A DNA stretch of 63,666 nt, the filler included, from Octopus bimaculoides (Eukaryota), in assembly GCF_001194135.2 (NCBI RefSeq). It is 6 parts of 6 records of this genome, joined end to end, with 100 filler letters (N's around TTAATTAATTAA, not from the genome) between each part and the next. Parts side by side here need not be neighbours in the genome. Positions count along the whole stretch, not along the records: positions 1 to 27,089 come from NC_069010.1; 5 more parts are not named here. One strand, 5' to 3'. The translations under genes and the position numbers were made by a program. Below the pieces are notes generated by a model. That model saw nothing but the letters and a program-made list of their open reading frames with translations, did no database searches and had not been told where the DNA came from. Shown one piece after another: positions 1-10,974 of the stretch (positions within the stretch are counted from its first letter, which is position 1; every line of letters starts with the position of its first letter).

Positions 1-159
1 GCTTTGTCTCTGACTATATAAAAATATTATTCTTACTTTAGTTGTTTTAGTTTTTGAGCTTAGATTCAGTTTTGTCACTGAAGCAATAAGTTAAGTCACT
101 CCTTACTAAAAGTATTCATAGCTCAACAGTATATTATTTAAGTTACATGGTTTTATTAA

Positions 160-379
160 CTCTTTAGTGCTTAAACCGGCCATATCTGGCCAAAATATTC
201 TACCTGTTTTATGTTTAAACTAGTCAGATATGGTCATTCATAGCTGCCTAATTGTGTCATTTTAAAAATAAACAATCACATAATTGAAATCTCAAAGCCA
301 TGAAATGATGCAAGATTAATTTTACATGGTGTGAATACATAAGCTTTACATTTGACAGAATAATATGAATGCTAAAGGG
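160..379. mobile_element. piggyBac-type MITE (about 220 bp) with TTAA target-site duplication
   Basis: TTAA at 156-159 and 380-383 flank imperfect terminal inverted repeats CTCTTTAGTGCTT ... AATGCTAAAGGG. TTAA TSD with CCC/GGG-like termini is the piggyBac signature. Confidence 0.75.
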
Positions 380-651
380 TTAAATATCATCTCCTAAATT
401 TTGATTGTATTCAATACTGATTGAAATCTGTGGACATCCTCTTCATTAGGGAATATGGATACAAATGAGTTAATGTGGGAGTTAGACATAAACAGATGGT
501 TGTAGATTGTCTTGTAATGGGCCCTCAATTGTTGTCTTCATATATGGTGTGTTTTGGGAATGTTGGTGCCAATTCCTCTCCAAGTCTGAATGAATACAGT
601 GGATGATTACTTAGAGAGAGAGAGAGAGAGAGAGAGAGAGTGTGTGTGTGT

Positions 652-770
652 GTGGAATTGACCCTCTGTACAGGACTTGTACTTTATTGACCTTGAGAGA
701 ATGAAAGGTAAAGCTGACCTCAATGGTATTTGAACTGAGAACACAGGACTGGCATGAATACTGCAAGGCA
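652..770 (-). mobile_element. Decayed tRNA-derived SINE, family B (core GAGGTCGACTTTGCCTTTCATCCTTTCGGGGTCGATAAAATAAGTACC)
   Basis: Reverse complement matches the core and B-box of the better-preserved copies at 33079-33250 and 54633-54765. Confidence 0.7.
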
Positions 771-2511
771 AATCAATTTGTTAGTTTGTTGTTTAGCTGC
801 AAGCTCAGCGCTTGAACTTTTATTTGATAAGTCTTAGATCTATAACCATCACATTTTATAGACAGTGTATCTAGGAATATGGTTTATTATTTTTTTTTAA
901 GTGGTTGTGTATGATTTGAGGGAAATTTTACTATTTCTGTAGCAGAATTATATAAAAGCTCTCTTACTAGTTTTCAAATATTTTCCTTGGTATATAGTTT
1001 CATATATTGTATGATTTTTTTTTCTCTGTATTTCTGTCATGTTTGTTTGCCATAAACTCACCGTTTATTAGTTTAGGACTTTCTTAAACTTTTCATTGTT
1101 GTTAATGCTGACCATTGTTTCTTTACTGAGTATTTTGAAGATTCTGGTTTATCATATTTGTCCTCTGTCAGCATGACCAGCATAGAATTGGTTAGATCTT
1201 GTTTATTGCTATTGGACCAGGCCTCTCTTTACAATTTATAAACTATAGTTTCTGTTGAAAGCCTTCACATACCTCTTTGCCCTCTTTCTTGTTTAGGTTT
1301 TCCCTTGTAGATATTCATTCAGGATAGGCACTAGTTGCATCAGTCTCTCTATTTTAGCTTTTAAAAAAACAAACAAACCCTCTCATAATCCTAAGGTAGA
1401 ATCTGTTAGGCAAACTGAGGTAAGTACAGTTACCTGCCTTACAAGACTTTGTTGTTGGATTCCGGTCCCTTGCTTTAAGATCAGTAATTAGTATTATCAT
1501 TATCACTGGATCATCGTGCCCTCCTATGTAAACATGTGCCTAGTGGCAAGCATGAGATTTTGAAAACCATGACCCATGGGTTCTTACTCATTCGACTTTT
1601 CCATTTCATCTCGGGCTCTGCAAAAAGTCATATGCTAGTCTTCCCTTCCGTATTTGGGTTTTCTATGGTGTAATTTTGAAGTGACTAGGTCACCTATTAC
1701 ATTACATCAGCTCTGTCTGAAATTATAAATTTTGTTTGTTTTTCAAATGTCAAGTTGGACAGCTGTGAGGTACATGTAGTTGCTGGTTGACTTTAAAAAC
1801 CTGTATTAAATTTAATCTTTATTAAAATAGCTTATAATTGAATCTTCTACTGTGGTAAGGTACCCAGTCATATGTGATACTTGTTACAAATATTTTGAAC
1901 TCCACTTGCAGTAGATATAGTATCAACTGGCTTTTGCATCAGCACTTAAAATGCTAAAATTGTTTCTCATGTTATTAAAACTTCCTGATGTATGAACTGA
2001 CCTTTGTATACATTTCCAAGTACAACATCAGCAATGGGGTGACACATTGCTGCTACTGAAGGCAGCAATATCTCACTTCATTGGATGAAGTTGGAGTATC
2101 ACCATAATAATTTTAGACAGCAAAAGAAAAAAAAAAACCTTTGGTATTTTTCATCTCTGCCAAATGATTTTTGATGATGGGTTTTTCATTGTAATTGTAG
2201 TGCAAATGGTTGAGAATTCCAGACATTTGTTCTTTTAATGTTCCTCAACATGATACTATATGTAATAAAGCTGACTGTTTGTGTGAGTGTGTGAGAGCTT
2301 TGATTTTATGCTCACTTTTTCATACTGGTCAGGTTAGGCCAAAACTTCTTGGAGTAGTAATCTGTGGTTGATATCTTTGCTGGTGCCGACCCTTGTTTTC
2401 ATCTAAGGTACTTTATTCTACTGATCTCTACACATTGAACAGGATGTTGTGTTTGGGAAGAGATGAAGAAATGTCACTGCTGCCCAAACAGCATACAGAA
2501 AAAACACACAT

Positions 2512-2552
<41 letters not shown>

Positions 2553-2574
2553 CTCACTCACTTACTCACACTTT

Positions 2575-2695
2575 GTCTATCAAATTTCACTCCCAGGGCA
2601 TTGGTCTATCTGAGGCTATAAAAGAAAATATTAGCCTAAGCTGCCACATGGTAGGGTTGAACCTGAAACCTGTTATATGATCTGAAGTGGTAGAA
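2575..2695 (-). mobile_element. Decayed 5' part of octopus tRNA-derived SINE, family A (OK/OR-like)
   Basis: Degenerate match to ...CTACCAAATCCACTCACAAGGCTTTGGTCGGCCCGAGGCTATAGTAGAAGACACTTGCCCAAGG seen intact at 43108-43527 and 50260-50658. Confidence 0.6.
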
Positions 2696-3670
2696 CTCCC
2701 TATAAATTGTATAGTTCTCTATAAATATTATTAAGTATTTTACAGGCACTTGTTCTGTTAACCTAACTCTTAGGCAGACTTCCTATAACAAAGGTATCCC
2801 AAAGAGTTAAAAAGGTAGTCCACCAGATGGACTTCTATAGTTTTCATTTACTCAATTTAACTCAGAAGCACTGATGAACCTTAGACTTTGGTGGAAGATA
2901 TTTGCTAAAGATGTTGCAAGATGTGGTCAGGATGCTTTTTATACTTTGGTCTACTGAATCAGAGCTGACCTATGGTTTAACAAGATACTGGGGCTAACTG
3001 TTATGCATAGGGAAATTAGTGATGGCAAATAGTACTATATGAACTATTTTACTTTATTGTCTTTTATATACCTTCTGTTAACTTTATTCTTGAATGAGGA
3101 GTCTGTTTGAAATGGTGGATATTCCCCTCTCCATGTACTCTTTCTGTGGCTTTTTCCAAATGATATGTTTTGCTGGCACAGACCTTCACCAATCTCCTTG
3201 GGTTCTGTTTTCTACATACATACATACATACATATATACATACATGTGTATGTGTGCATGTGCCCACACACAACTTCAGCTTTGGTTTTTTTTACCTTTC
3301 ATTTAACTTCAATTTTGTTTTTTCTATAATTTAACTTGGAAATTTCAATCCTTAAAAGAAAAAAAAATGCTTGGGGAAGTCTAATATTTTAGACTTTTTC
3401 ACTCATTCCTGTTGTTGGATAAAGGTGGTTCGGAAATAAATTTAACTCCAGGTTACCCTGTATTGAGCTCTGGCTCTCATATCTTTCATTTACCAAAAGC
3501 ATACATAGTATTATATTGTGTTCTACAAGCCAATGAAGGAGTCTTTTGTATGACCACATAACCTGCTTACAAATAGACAAAAAATCTCCCTCAAACCACA
3601 CTATCTCTTGAAAAAAAGGGGGGAAAAAATCATTTTGATTAGAAAGTCTTGTAGCATGGTAAATAAGGTT

Positions 3671-4180
3671 TCATCATCATTTAGTGTCCGTTGTCCATGC
3701 TGGCATGGGTTGGACAGTTTGACTGGGTTTGGTAAATGGGAAGGCTGCACCAGACTCCAACTCTGGTTTGACATGGTTTTCTACAGCTGGATGCCCTTCC
3801 AAATGCCAACCACTCCGTGAGTGTAATGGGTGCTTTTATGTACCTCTGGTGTGGGTGCCATTTGTCCGACACCAGTATCTGCCATGACTGCAATTTTGTT
3901 TGGCTTAATGGGTCTTCTTTGCATGCACAGCAATGCCAAAGGTCTCGGTCATTGCCTCTGTGAGGCCCAGCACCTGAAACGAATTCAGCCACTTTGCCTC
4001 AGGTAGGCCCAGTGCTCGAAAGGAACTCAACCAATTTACCTCCAGGAGGCCCAACACTTGAAAGTTGCTATTTACATACCGCCAGCATTGGCCATGACTG
4101 CAATTTCACTTGGCTTGATGGGTCTTCTCAAGCACAGCATATCGCCAAAGGTTTCGGTCACTAGTCAATGCCTCACAGAG

Positions 4181-4182
<2 letters not shown>
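3671..4182 (-). mobile_element. RTE-clade LINE 3' end (ORF C-terminus, 3' UTR and (ATG)n tail), with internal duplication
   Basis: (CAT)n tail at 3671 followed by the same UTR as 21253-21466. Two copies of the ORF end (DRDLW..AVL.K motif), homologous to the C-terminus of the RTE ORF at about 11400. Confidence 0.85.
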
Positions 4183-4236
<54 letters not shown>

Positions 4237-5609
4237 CTGTATTTGTAAAAGATAGTGCTAGATAGTAAACAGGTTTGGCACTGGTTTGCTGTTTTGCTGC
4301 TTGTAGAAATGCATGATGTGTGAATGAAAATTGTGTGCCTAAAACAGTCTCCTATTTCTCCAGATTGAATGAAATACCTGTAATATACTAGGAAGATCTA
4401 ATTTGGCAACATGCTCTTTTCACATGACAATAAAGGGTGTGATGGAGTATCTATCTCCTTATTGCAAGTTAGTTCTTCATAATATAATTTCTGAAAAGTT
4501 ATTGGGTAAAATGTTCATAAATGTATTGTACAGTAATATTACATTTATTGTAAACATAAACTGGAATAGTTCCCAAGAAAAATACCAAATTCAAGGTGTA
4601 CCTCTTTGGAATATTTTGAAAAGGATTTGTCAAAAATGTGTCATGAAAGTAAAAGGGTGGTGTGTGGCCATTTATCATATCAAGCAGGACTTACATACTG
4701 GTTTGGGTGTAAGTCGGAATGTACTGCATGGTAGTACAAGATGTGTTTTAGGTGGTAATATCTGCATATTCCACCTGTGACTTCATCTTTGCAGGAGTTC
4801 CAAGCACTACATTATCTAATATGTCCATTCTTTATTCAAGGCAATTTGAAGGTTACTTGGTTGTTATTTCTAGAGACCATGTAGAAAAGGTTCCTTGACG
4901 ACACACACACACACACACACACTAACGCGAGTTTAGAGGGATATGTTATCCAAGTAGACACTGTGGTAGCTCTCAGTTATGTTCCAGGTTATGGCTAACT
5001 GCATTGATTAGTATTTAACACCTATGACTTACTAGGAATTGTAACTCGTGCTGTAAATTTCTGTGCTCACTTCACTGGATGGTAATATTATCAGGAGTGT
5101 ATATTTCCCATAATTGTAGCAGAGAATATGGAGACTGATACATCCTCAAAATTTATTTCCTTTTATTTTACAATGTCATGCAGCATATTTTTATGGTTAT
5201 GACAAAAGAAAATAAAGTTTTGGGCATGTACCAGCCTCCATATTCTCTATTGTTATAATTATTGCGCACACACACACACACACACATACAGAGTCTGGTA
5301 TTGAATATAATCGTCTTTTAGAAGTTGGTTATTGTTGTCTTAGTACATATTTTGCTAAGAGTTTAACCTTTGCCATGTTTTTCTGTTTTTTTAAAAAATT
5401 TTTGGCTAAATTGTATTTGGGTTTGTAAATAGTATTTTCTTTACAATCCTCTCGAATCAAATTTGAAATAATTTTGGGAAAAAGAGTATCTTTAGTAAAT
5501 CCCCATTGTATAATAAAATATAGGAATGAATAGTTTTTTTAAAAAAGATTTATTTATATATAAAGGGTATGCTTATACTGTACTAATTTTCAAATTTTCT
5601 CTTTCTCAG

Positions 5610-5850
5610 GCTGGTTTGTGCCCACCTTTTCCTACTCAGTGTTGCGTCTAGCCTCCCAGGCAAAGCCGACCACTTTTGAAACCAGTTCTTCACACGGTTC
5701 TAATTACCCCTTCTCCCTTCATTGTCACAAGCCAGGCCAGTTTTACCCTTCCCTCTCACCACTGTAAACCAGACCATTCCTGGAAGGCCTGATGGCCAGA
5801 TTCCCCTTGTTGTTTGTAACTGCATTATCTGCGGCTCTCTTTCTACCACC
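5610..5850 (+). other. Candidate unproductive (poison) cassette or alternative exon of the RS-domain gene; 3' boundary uncertain
   Basis: Strong acceptor ttttctctttctcag|G at 5609/5610. Non-repetitive, C-rich and visibly higher in GC than the flanks. Stops in all three frames (TAG 5649, TGA 5677 in the phase-2 frame, TAA 5765). Lies 780-1000 nt upstream of an RS exon. No strong donor identified. Confidence 0.45.
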
Positions 5851-5876
5851 GTGTTCAAATCTTGTTTTTTTTTTTT

Positions 5877-6040
5877 TAACTCCAGGTTAGCCTCGACACA
5901 GCAGACCTATGACAAAAGGTGTTCCAGCTGCAATTATTCCATGTTTTGGTATATTAGGGGCTACATAATACATTGTATACATTATTTTTTTAAGACAAGA
6001 GCATGATATCAGAGATTTCACTGCTATTTCTAGCAAGTTG
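5877..6040 (+). repeat. Unclassified short dispersed repeat, family E (about 170-200 bp)
   Basis: Shares modules TAACYCCAGGTYAGCC...GCAGACCTATGA...TTCCAGC and GATTTGAGGGAGATTTGGCTGCTATTTCTAGCA with copies near 800-945, 4790-4885, 10445-10605, 20835-21000, 50045-50115 and 63555-63620. Confidence 0.65.
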
Positions 6041-6124
6041 ATTGATAAGTGTAGTATGGTGTTAGCAATAAAATAGGAGTTAATAGTTAAAGCTAGGATC
6101 CTGTCTTGTATGGATTAAGGCCAA

Positions 6125-6293
6125 GTCTTAGCCTCATATGTTCTGAGTTGAAATCCTGCTGAGGTAACCTTTGCCTTTCATCTTTTTTTGGTTCAGTAAA
6201 ATGAAGTACCAGTCAAGTACTGAGGGTTCAATGTAATTGACTTGTCCCTCCCATCCTGAAAAATTGCTGACCTTGTGGCATAATTAGAATTAT
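6125..6293 (+). mobile_element. Decayed SINE family B
   Basis: gttctgagttgaaatcctgctgaggtaacctttgcctttcatc...aaaatgaagtaccag...aattgctgaccttgtg matches copy 33079-33250. Confidence 0.75.
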
Positions 6294-6629
6294 TGTAAAA
6301 CACCTAACTTTACTGCTCTTCCTCTCCCTATTTAACTCCTAAAAAAGATGACAGTCCTACACATAAAACTGTCCTGTGTCATCCAATATGGACACACTAT
6401 AGGGCTTCAGTTCTAGCTGGGTTTTGAACTAGAGGAATTCTGACAGTATGTTTTGATACTTCTGAAGCTCTCATTAAAACTGTTTCAATTTTTATAAAAA
6501 AAACCCCAAAACTCCCCCATCTTCTTAATGCATGGTTAAATCACCATCGTATATTGTTGCTTCTTTGTCTTCCATCTCTCTTTTGGTGGTTTTTGCTCTA
6601 CTAATGGCACCCAAATTGTTGCTTTTCAG

Positions 6630-6689
6630 ACGTCGGAAGAGCCGAAGTTCTAGCCGCAGTCGGAGTACAAGTCCTGTAAAGCACCGAAG
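6630..6689 (+). CDS. Internal coding exon of an RS-domain (SR or SR-related) splicing factor: (R)RRKSRSSSRSRSTSPVKHR(R)
   Basis: Acceptor gttgcttttcag|A and donor AAG|gtaggt. 60 nt, symmetric phase 2-2, open, RS-dipeptide rich. It keeps several CpG codons (CGT, CGG, CGA, CGC) in an otherwise CpG-poor region. The exact paralog cannot be named from one exon. Confidence 0.85.
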
Positions 6690-7053
6690 GTAGGTGAATT
6701 TTGTCCTTTTCTTGGCTGGCTTTTTGTTGTCCGATTTTTGAGTGTGTGTGTGTCACCAGCAAGGTAACCAGATTCCCCCCATCTTTTTTTTTTTTTTGTC
6801 TTGTTTCATCAACCATGTACACTCTCCGTTTCTCTCTATTTCTACTTCTTTCTGAGAGAGGAGAGGAGATTGAGAGAAAAATCATGATGTGTGTGTGTGT
6901 GTACATGTGTTGATGTATTGTGTTTGTTTTCAAAATATTTGTATATTACTTAAATTGATGAGAGGACAAAAATGAAGAAAAGAAAAAAAAAGATTTCACT
7001 AATTGGTGAATGTTAAGACATTTTGTCTTGTTTGTTTCATTCTGTCCTTTCAG

Positions 7054-7093
7054 GTGTAATTCTAACATTTATTATTTTTTTGATACAATATGA
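7054..7093 (+). CDS. Candidate next or terminal exon of the RS gene (phase-2 reading RCNSNIYYFFDTI*), followed by 3' UTR-like sequence
   Basis: Very strong acceptor ttttgtcttgtttgtttcattctgtcctttcag|G. AU/UGUA-rich downstream sequence and ATTAAA at 7183-7188. The peptide is not RS-like, so the coding assignment is weak. Confidence 0.4.
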
Positions 7094-7517
7094 ATATCAT
7101 ATCGATGCTGTACTAGTATCTACATTGAATTGCTCTGTTTGGTGTATGCATGTATAAAACCATCACACCAAGTAATTCGAGCATTAAAAAATTTTTTTTA
7201 TCCACATTTATTATATGAAAGCTGTACCAGTGTCTGTATTGGATTGGTATGTGTGTGTATATGTGCATATTTATTATACATATTACCAACACACCTAGTA
7301 ATTGATATATATTTGTTTCATATATATATTTCTTCTGTGCATTATATTTCCTGTTTTCTTGTACTCTTGTAACGAAAGATTATCTAAATTTCTGTTTGAA
7401 GTGCTTGTTACTTTGCCAAGACCTGTTAACAGTTGTAATGATAGTGAGTAGGGAGTGTCTTGACATATGAAAATATGCATTCTCACAGCCAATAAGGTAG
7501 ATGGGCGTGCATTTGTA

Positions 7518-7549
<32 letters not shown>

Positions 7550-7792
7550 TTATATATATGTTGCTATCCACCTCCTTGCTAGTATCTTGAACTTAGAGAA
7601 TAACCTTCAAAGAAACTGGAAGACTTTGTGCTTTTCTTTATATGCTAGCTGGCTTCTTGTAAAATACTTTGTCGTTTGGTTATTTAAATACTTTTGTTTG
7701 TGTGTGTGTGTGTCTCTCTCTCTTTCTCTCTCTCTCTTACTCTCTCTCTCTTTCTCTCTCTCTCGGCTTGTGTGGGTATTTGTAGTTTATTG

Positions 7793-7975
7793 GTGCAGGC
7801 GTGGCTGTGTGATGAAGAAGCTTGCCTCTCAACCATGTAATTTCAGGTTCAGTTGCTTTGCATGATACTTTGGACAAGTGTCTTCTACCAATAGCCTTGA
7901 GCTGACCAGAGAGACTTGAAATGGATTTGGTAGACAAACACTGAAAGAAGCTGTATGTGTGTGTGTATTGTGTAT
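7793..7975 (+). mobile_element. SINE family A, 5' half (decayed)
   Basis: tRNA-like head ggtgcaggcgtggctgtgtg...ttcaggttcag followed by ...tggatttggtagacaaacactgaaagaagc and a microsatellite. Confidence 0.8.
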
Positions 7976-8089
7976 GTATATACAGTGTGTGTGTGTGTAT
8001 ATNNNNNNNNNNNNNNNNNNNNNNNNNNNNNNNNNNNNNNNNNNNNNNNNNNNNNNNNNNNNNNNNNNNNNNNNNNNNNNNNNNNNNNN

Positions 8090-8123
<34 letters not shown>

Positions 8124-8565
8124 CTTGTATTTATTTATGTATGTGTTTGTGTGTACCCTTATGAAAGTTGTAAATGACCATCAACATCATGAAGATGCTG
8201 TTGCTTGTTTTCAGTCTTCCATGGAAAACATTCGAGATATTTGGCATAAATACTGAATTTTCTTTTGGAGTAATTTTTTTTTTTGTTTCAATATTGTAAC
8301 TGCTCTCACCACAGAAATAGAGGCCATTGGGGTTAACAAACAGATTAATAAGTCTCCGCATCAATATGTAGGCTCTGTAAAGTCCAAATCTTGTAATTCC
8401 CCAATCTTCCTTCTTATTTAATGTTTGTGTTGGTAAATGTGTTCTGCCATTGCATGCTGAGGTCATACACAGAGGTTTCTGAAGAGGAATGGGAAGGTCA
8501 GGACAGTTAACGTAGATAGCTAACTGCAGCCCTATTGTTGCCTATGAAGGTCTTTTTTGTCCCTC

Positions 8566-8892
8566 GCCCACATGTAGCACCTTGGGCATGAGTCCTGTAC
8601 TATAACCTCAGTTGAACAAAGCCTTGCGAGTGGATTTGGTAGACAGAAACTGAAAGAAGCATGTTTGTGTTTTTTTTTTCCCCCCCCTTGTCTCGACATC
8701 ATGTGATAGTTGCACATGAGTGTTACTGTTATACATGCAGTATCTTTCATTTTCAATGTTCTGTGAAAACAAGTCTGGCCTTGGGGAAAGATCACCTTAC
8801 TTGGAAACAAGTGCGCGTTCGTTATTGGAAGGAAATTCGTCTAGAGAAAAATCTGTTTCGTTTTACTCCATCTGACCTATGCAAGCAAGGGT
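8566..8892 (+). mobile_element. SINE family D (family A head plus distinct body and RTE-like tail)
   Basis: Family A head, then ttgtctcgacatcatgtgatagttg...ggggaaagatcaccttacttggaaac...; homologous to 19665-20022. Confidence 0.7.
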
Positions 8893-9215
8893 ATAAGGGT
8901 AAAGATCCCCTCCAGTCATGGGGTTGCACCTAGAAAGTTCCCCTTCAGGGCACAAGTCTGGATGAGGTTGTTTATGGACCACCAGCAGTCACCCATGCAT
9001 ACCAGCCTCCTCTCCCCGCGCCATTGATGTTATCCAAGAGAGAAGCAAAGGCCGATACACTTTGGCACCAGTGACATCACAACTCGTTTTTACAGCCGAG
9101 TTAACTGCAGCAATGTGAAATAGTGTTGTGCTCAAGAACACAACACACAGCTTGGTCTGGGAATCGAACCCACCATCTCATGATTGTGAGCCCGATGCTC
9201 AAACCATTGAGTACA
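8893..9215 (-). mobile_element. SINE family C (tRNA head plus V-domain-like GTGTTCTTGAGCAAGACAC segment)
   Basis: Reverse strand shows A/B-box head ...ggtttgagcatcgggctcacaatcatgagatggtgggttcgattccc, then gtgttcttgagcacaacactatttcacattgctgcag. Confidence 0.75.
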
Positions 9216-9831
9216 GATGTTATAATGATGATGATGATGATGATGACATAGCACTTTACCACTTTGATTAAGGAAGGAAGCATTGGGTAATGTAGTTATA
9301 GATAGGTTGTCCAAAAAGGAGCACTCCACCCATGAAATTGCCAGGACTAGATCACCTTTTCACNNNNNNNNNNNNNNNNNNNNNNNNNNNNNNNNNNNNN
9401 NNNNNNNNNNNNNNNNNNNNNNNNNNNNNNNNNNNNNNNNNNNNNNNNNNNNNNNNNNNNNNNNNNNNNNNNNNNNNNNNNNNNNNNNNNNNNNNNNNNN
9501 NNNNNNNNNNNNNNNNNNNNNNNNNNNNNNNNNNNNNNNNNNNNNNNNNNNNNNNNNNNNNNNNNNNNNNNNNNNNNNNNNNNNNNNNNNNNNNNNNNNN
9601 NNNNNNNNNNNNNNNNNNNNNNNNNNNNNNNNNNNNNNNNNNNNNNNNNNNNNNNNNNNNNNNNNNNNNNNNNNNNNNNNNNNNNNNNNNNNNNNNNNNN
9701 NNNNNNNNNNNNNNNNNNNNNNNNNNNNNNNNNNNNNNNNNNNNNNNNNNNNNNNNNNNNNNNNNNNNNNNNNNNNNNNNNNNNNNNNNNNNNNNNNNNN
9801 NNNNNNNNNNNNNNNNNNNNNNNNNNNNNNN

Positions 9832-9937
9832 CAGTCCCACTGCGCGGCACCTTGGGCAAGTGTCTTCTACTATAGCCTCGGGCCGACCAAAGCCTTGTGA
9901 ATGGATTTGGTAGACAGAAACTGAAAGAAGCCCGTCG

Positions 9938-9968
<31 letters not shown>

Positions 9969-10157
9969 CTTTGTGTGTCTGTGTTTGTCCCCCCACCATC
10001 GCTTGACAACCGATGCTGGTGTGTTTACGTCCCCGTAACTTAGCGGTTCGGCAAAAGAGACTGGTAGAATAAGTCCTGGGGTCGATTTTCTCGATTAAAG
10101 GCGGTGCTCCAGCATGGCCGCAGTCAAATGACTGAAACAAGTAAGAGTGTAAAAGAG
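9832..10157 (+). mobile_element. SINE family A, well preserved (5' end lost in gap)
   Basis: Near-identical to the reverse complement of 50260-50658, including the 3' end GACTGAAACAAGTAA. Confidence 0.9.
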
Positions 10158-10444
10158 TATATATATATATATTGAAAACAAAACAAATTATTTATAAAAT
10201 ATTTAATTACACTCTTTCATTAACAAAGAATAATCATTAGTTATATTATATAATTTACATAATATAACTAATGATTATTCTTTGTTATAGAAAGACAGTG
10301 TAATTAAATATGTCTCCTTTGACCTACCCAAGTGTAGAATTTACTTAAGACACAGGGAATATACATGGAGTTCTAAATATTGGTTATTTGTCACACAATT
10401 TTGCTTTGTGTGTTTCATTTTAAAGATTATTTTGTCCGTAACTT

Positions 10445-10605
10445 CTGCTGTTACCTAGCACCAGATCAATCCTTGATCACATAATCTTAAAATTGGTTCC
10501 AGCCATGTACATCGTTTCCTGTTTCTGGTGTTTCTTTTCTTTTTAAGATTTGTAGTGTGTGTAGGGATTATCATTTGAAGGTGATATAAGTGCTATTTTA
10601 GTCTA
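10445..10605 (+). repeat. Family E dispersed repeat copy
   Basis: Both diagnostic modules are present in degenerate form. Confidence 0.5.
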
Positions 10606-10974
10606 TTGCATTAACTACCCTTATTGGCTCATACTTCTGCTGTTATATTTTGTTTATTTTTGTACTAATGATCACGGAATGTACTGAGAGGGGTGGCTGG
10701 GATCATTTGTAACTGGAGCTCTTTCATGATCACTATTATTATTATGGGGAGCATACCTTGGGTACTTGCTTTTCTGGGTATTTTACTTGGGTCATGTTTG
10801 TGGTTTCACAAATTTATACAGCCGAAGGTCATGTAAAAGTCTTTCAGCTATAGAAAGAATTCTTGTTCAGCATGGCAGGTGCAGTCGGTATTCTCTAGGG
10901 TCTGAGATGAGAAGCCCATTGCTACTCTCAAAATTAACTTCAATTTTGTTGTGTTTTCAATAATAACTTTTTCA

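Noticed and set aside
1410-1425. Strong donor GAG|gtaagt with a possible 10-nt micro-exon
   Set aside because: The acceptor lacks a pyrimidine tract and there is no supporting frame; single consensus donors occur by chance.
2871-2900. CTGATGA motifs as hammerheads (also 44667 and 54521)
   Set aside because: No properly placed GAAA with paired helices I and III.
5886-5948. In-frame 63-nt AG...GT segment (LASTQQTYDKRCSSCNYSMF) as a coding exon
   Set aside because: The sequence is a copy of dispersed repeat family E and the donor is weak; kept only as a possible cryptic site.
9283-10140. ORFs of 190-280 aa spanning N runs (also 13906-14730, 27745-28299, 35565-36416, 60410-61234)
   Set aside because: Length comes from X residues in assembly gaps.
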